A stretch of DNA of 35,350 nt from an uncultured Bacteroidales bacterium (GTDB lineage Bacteria > Bacteroidota > Bacteroidia > Bacteroidales > UBA1402), in the NCBI GenBank assembly GCA_964522065.1, contig CAZFUO010000004.1:1-35350 (forward strand), written 5' to 3'. Position 1 is the first letter of the stretch; each line of letters opens with the position of its first letter. This document shows positions 32,514-35,350 of this stretch, one piece after another. The notes below the pieces were generated by a model. That model saw nothing but the letters and a program-made list of their open reading frames with translations, was not told the origin of the DNA and made no database searches. The translations under genes and the position numbers were made by a program.

Positions 32514-32539
32514 CAGGGTATATTTAAATAAAAATTTTT

Positions 32540-33016
32540 ATGCTAAAGCGCTCATTTTATTTTATATCGGTTCTCATTTTATCTTTAGTGCTGTTTTCCT
32601 GTTGCAAAAGCAATAAGGATGCTTTTAATAATGCCTACAAAAGAATGAAAGAAAAAAATGAAGATACACAGCTCGATTTAAAAGCAAAGACAGCTTCAAA
32701 AGTTTCTAATGAAGTAATGATGAATTATAAAGATACAAGTGCAGTACACCCCCCTGAGGTTGTAAATCTTGTAGCCGGAGAACCAATCAACTTCTCAGAT
32801 TACAGCATTGTTGCAAAAAGCTTTATGAATAAAACCAATGCAAGAAGTTTTCATGGTAGAATGGAAGACGATGGTTATCCTGCAGTACTGATTCAGAACG
32901 AAGAATTAATGTACAGAATTGTAATCGCATCATTCAAAACTCAGGAAGAAGCCAGAAAAAAGCTTGATCAGGTAAGGACACTGTTCCCTGAAGCGTGGAT
33001 TTTGATCAGAAAGTAA
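32540..33016 (+). CDS. SPOR-domain lipoprotein
   Basis: It has a lipoprotein-type signal (LSLVLFSCC) and a C-terminal SPOR-like domain (YSIVAKSF...YRIVIASFKTQEEARKKLDQVRTLFPEAWI). Confidence 0.75.
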   Translation: MLKRSFYFISVLILSLVLFSCCKSNKDAFNNAYKRMKEKNEDTQLDLKAKTASKVSNEVMMNYKDTSAVHPPEVVNLVAGEPINFSDYSIVAKSFMNKTNARSFHGRMEDDGYPAVLIQNEELMYRIVIASFKTQEEARKKLDQVRTLFPEAWILIRK

Positions 33017-33520
33017 TTATTTTATTTCTCCGAAATCCTCAAGATGCTCATCTACGTATTCTGCTATTTTTAGAGTACATTCTTCTTCAATTTCGAAAAA
33101 CCTTTCTTCAAGCTCATCAAATGCCTCGAATTTCTCGTACATAGCGTGAAATTCGTCGTCATTTGTTTCTGCTTCAAGCTCAGCAGAGTGCTTATCGTAA
33201 ATTTCTTTAGCTTTATAAACTAGTTTTGATAGTTCTTCAACACCAAATAATCTCAAAGCTTTGGCAAAAGGATTTTTAAAAATAAAACCTCCATATCCGT
33301 TTTGGATTAGTTGTACAAATCCACCCTGCATTACTTCATCTCTAAAAAAGTGATATGCAAGCAAACTGTTTTGCCAACCATTAAGGCTGCTCATAACAGA
33401 TGCATCAAGAACTCCATCTTTACTTTGTTTAAGAAAAGCTTCAATAAAGACATTCAGAAATGCATCGGCATCTATTTTGCCGGCTTTTTCCAATTCGGTG
33501 GAAGATATTACAATACTCAT
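33017..33520 (-). CDS. DMP19/DUF4375-family acidic protein (DNA-mimic-like)
   Basis: 167-aa ORF with the family-typical core W.NSLLAYHFFRDEVMQGGFVQLIQNGYGGFIF. The C-terminal third is very acidic, roughly 40 percent D/E by eye. The family assignment is from memory. Confidence 0.65.
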   Translation of the reverse strand: MSIVISSTELEKAGKIDADAFLNVFIEAFLKQSKDGVLDASVMSSLNGWQNSLLAYHFFRDEVMQGGFVQLIQNGYGGFIFKNPFAKALRLFGVEELSKLVYKAKEIYDKHSAELEAETNDDEFHAMYEKFEAFDELEERFFEIEEECTLKIAEYVDEHLEDFGEIK

Positions 33521-33547
33521 AATTTGAGGTTTCTATATTAAGATATG

Positions 33548-33555
33548 CAAATATA
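33548..33555 (-). promoter_or_regulatory. putative -7 box TATATTTG for the DMP19-like gene
   Basis: Exact TAnnTTTG, about 28 nt upstream of ATG 33520. Confidence 0.5.
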
Positions 33556-33577
33556 GGAAAGTTTGGCCCGAAAATGA

Positions 33578-33585
33578 TAACTTTG
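33578..33585 (+). promoter_or_regulatory. putative -7 box TAACTTTG for the MBL / Cys-rich peptide unit
   Basis: Exact TAnnTTTG, about 17 nt upstream of ATG 33602. Confidence 0.5.
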
Positions 33586-33601
33586 TACCATCAAAATAAA
33601 T

Positions 33602-34411
33602 ATGGATAAATTAAGGTTTTTAAGTTTAGGTAGTGGGAGCAGTGGTAATTGTTACTATTTTGGAAACGCATTTCAGGGTATTCTGATTGATGCAGGTATT
33701 TCAGCAAGGTCAGTAAGAAAAAGTTTGAGAAATATTGGTGTTGACCTTTCACAGTTGTTAGGTATTTTTATATCACATGATCACGTTGATCATATTAAAT
33801 CAGTCGGAACATTTGGTGAACGATTTAGTATACCTGTATATGCTACAGCTAAAACTCACGGCGGAATAGATAGAAACTGGAGTGTTACTCAAAAACTTAA
33901 TGGTTGCAGGAGATATATAGAACCAGGGCAACCAGTACAGATAGGCGACTTTGTAATAACACCCTTTGAGGTTTCACACGATGCAAGTCAAAGTGTATGC
34001 TTTAAAATTACATACAAAGACCACAATGTACTTATAGCCACAGATCTTGGCTATGTAAATGAAGATGTAAGCAAATTAATTTCAAGTTCAGATATAGTGA
34101 TTCTTGAAGCAAATTATGACTTTGAGATGCTCAAAAACGGTAGTTATCCCTATCCTCTCAAGCAAAGAATTGCAGGACTTGCAGGCCATTTATGTAACAG
34201 CGAAACCGCTAATGCATTGGCCGAAAACTGGCATGAAGGCTTAAAATACATTTTTTTGTGCCATTTAAGCAAAGATAATAATCTGCCTGATATAGCATTA
34301 AAGACTGTTTCAGACCAATTGATATCAAATGGAATAAAAATTTCTGATGAAATTATTATTCAGGCTCTGAACAGATACGAGCACGAACTTGTTATATTCG
34401 AAAAAAACTAA
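33602..34411 (+). CDS. MBL-fold metallo-hydrolase (YycJ/WalJ-like)
   Basis: 269-aa ORF with SLGSGSSGN, the HxHxDH motif (SHDHVDH) and downstream His/Asp ligands. Confidence 0.85.
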   Translation: MDKLRFLSLGSGSSGNCYYFGNAFQGILIDAGISARSVRKSLRNIGVDLSQLLGIFISHDHVDHIKSVGTFGERFSIPVYATAKTHGGIDRNWSVTQKLNGCRRYIEPGQPVQIGDFVITPFEVSHDASQSVCFKITYKDHNVLIATDLGYVNEDVSKLISSSDIVILEANYDFEMLKNGSYPYPLKQRIAGLAGHLCNSETANALAENWHEGLKYIFLCHLSKDNNLPDIALKTVSDQLISNGIKISDEIIIQALNRYEHELVIFEKN

Positions 34412-34615
34412 ATGAACCCATTTTCTCAGGAGGCAATAGTTATTATAATTGCAATAATTGTAATTGCTTATACTTTAATACTGATTGTTAAACGATTATC
34501 AGGACTTAAAAAAATCAGTTCACAAAAAAACAATAGTAATCCTTGTGAAGGCTGTGACGGATGCTCATTAAAGAATGAGTATAAGCAAAAAAATGGCTCC
34601 AACACTTGCCAATAG
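34412..34615 (+). CDS. small Cys-rich membrane peptide (FeoB-associated Cys-rich family-like)
   Basis: 67-aa ORF with one N-terminal TM helix (AIVIIIAIIVIAYTLILIV) followed by CEGCDGCSLK. Its ATG directly abuts the MBL stop codon (TAAATG). Confidence 0.6.
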   Translation: MNPFSQEAIVIIIAIIVIAYTLILIVKRLSGLKKISSQKNNSNPCEGCDGCSLKNEYKQKNGSNTCQ

Positions 34616-34627
34616 AGTATTTATTTA

Positions 34628-34635
34628 TATCTTTG
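34628..34635 (+). promoter_or_regulatory. putative -7 box TATCTTTG for tRNA-Cys
   Basis: Exact TAnnTTTG, about 17 nt upstream of the mature tRNA 5' end. Confidence 0.5.
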
Positions 34636-34651
34636 CACCCGCAAAACACAA

Positions 34652-34722
34652 GGTACCTTGGCCGAGTGGCTAGGCACCGGTCTGCAAAACCGTCTACGGC
34701 GGTTCGAATCCGCCAGGTACCT
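34652..34722 (+). tRNA. tRNA-Cys (anticodon GCA)
   Basis: I folded it by hand. The acceptor stem is GGTACCT/AGGTACC, the anticodon loop is CT-GCA-AA, the T arm is GGCGG-TTCGAAT-CCGCC, and the variable loop is short. The discriminator is T, the identity element expected for tRNA-Cys. CCA is not encoded. Confidence 0.9.
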
Positions 34723-34734
34723 CAAGTTAAAAAA

Positions 34735-34773
34735 AGCTATCAGAATGTTCCCCGAACTTACTGGTAGCTTTTT
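34735..34773 (+). terminator. rho-independent terminator after tRNA-Cys
   Basis: The outer stem is AGCTATCAG (34735-34743) / CTGGTAGCT (34761-34769), with one wobble. The inner stem is GTTC-ccc-GAAC (34747-34757). A T run follows, to 34773. Confidence 0.75.
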
Positions 34774-34793
34774 GTATTATTAGATATTTTCAT

Positions 34794-34801
34794 TATGTTT
34801 G
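34794..34801 (+). promoter_or_regulatory. putative -7 box TATGTTTG for the PAS sensor gene
   Basis: Exact TAnnTTTG, about 24 nt upstream of ATG 34825 and downstream of the tRNA terminator. Confidence 0.5.
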
Positions 34802-34824
34802 TTCCCCCCTGATTTTAATTTATC

Positions 34825-35350
34825 ATGAAAAGCAGCATAAGAATTATCAAAAAATACAAAAAAAACAAAGAGGCTATAAAGTGGAAGCAATATCTGCTTG
34901 ATGCTCTCATGGAGAACTTACCCGATTCAATTTATTTTAAAGACCTCTCAAGCAGATTTGTAAGAATAAGCAAATCAATGTCTGAAAAATTTAATCTTGA
35001 AAGTCCTGAAGATGCAGTAGGAAAAACCGATTATGATTTTTTCAAAAGAGATCATTCACAGGATGCATATCTCGACGAACAGGAAATAATCAGAACCGGT
35101 AAACCCATTATTAATAAAGAAGAGTTTGAAACATGGCCTGACAGACCGGCCACCTGGGTTTCATCAACTAAGATGCCGCTATATGATGATAATAATATAA
35201 TTATTGGCACTTTTGGTATATCTCACGAAATTACAGAAACCAAAAGAATACTTCAGGAAATTGAAAACCGGTTATTGCTATTAACAAAGCCAATTTCAGA
35301 AGATGACAAAGTTTCATTTTATGACCTGTTTAATCTGAAGCAAATACAGG
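34825..35350 (+). CDS. PAS-domain sensor protein, N-terminal 175 codons; continues beyond the window
   Basis: The frame is open from ATG 34825 to the window end. The PAS-like segment is LLDALMENLPDSIYFKDLSSRFVRISKSMSEKFNL...GKTDYDFF...IIRTGKPIINKEE...IIIGTFGISHEITE. Confidence 0.75.
   Translation, partial: MKSSIRIIKKYKKNKEAIKWKQYLLDALMENLPDSIYFKDLSSRFVRISKSMSEKFNLESPEDAVGKTDYDFFKRDHSQDAYLDEQEIIRTGKPIINKEEFETWPDRPATWVSSTKMPLYDDNNIIIGTFGISHEITETKRILQEIENRLLLLTKPISEDDKVSFYDLFNLKQIQ

Noticed and set aside
34652-35350. tRNA-Cys as an integration site for a genomic island or prophage.
   Set aside because: There is no copy of the tRNA 3' end downstream within the remaining about 630 nt. There is also no integrase, and no compositional break that I can see. 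The region cannot be evaluated beyond the window edge, so it is kept only as a pointer in the findings.

Overview
This is an AT-rich, very gene-dense 35.35-kb segment with 29 protein genes (two cut by the window edges) and one tRNA. It reads as ordinary core genome of a Bacteroidota bacterium, probably an anaerobe. The phylum call rests on three things: the gene set and synteny (pyrG-yidC, rseC-rnfBCDGEA, long-form YidC, Porin_10, SPOR, DUF3078), the absence of Shine-Dalgarno sequences, and an exact Bacteroides-type -7 promoter box (TAnnTTTG) 17-60 nt upstream of almost every transcription-unit start. Genes in window order are: thrS (partial), mfd, a GT2 polyprenyl-phosphate glycosyltransferase, pyrC, a secreted GH2 glycosidase, yidC, pyrG, a DUF3078-like outer-membrane protein, rseC-like plus rnfBCDGEA, galE, a Porin_10 plus periplasmic-binding-like pair, ligA, dapA, pheT, yebC-family, folC, an EamA/DMT transporter, a SPOR lipoprotein, a DMP19/DUF4375-like acidic protein, a YycJ-like MBL hydrolase, a small Cys-rich membrane peptide, tRNA-Cys(GCA) and the start of a PAS sensor. 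Intergenic gaps are all 125 nt or shorter. There is no room for CRISPR arrays, and I see no mobile elements, integrases, toxin-like genes, reverse transcriptases or long repeats. I do not find a convincing novel multi-gene system here. The best leads are modest. They are the orphan DMP19-like gene, the translationally coupled porin plus binding-protein pair, the apparently single-promoter DUF3078-rseC-rnf-galE unit, and the MBL / Cys-rich peptide / tRNA-Cys cluster where the housekeeping block gives way to a PAS sensor at the window edge. Several ORF-track starts look too long, because the alternative TTG they use is actually the TTG of a -7 promoter box.
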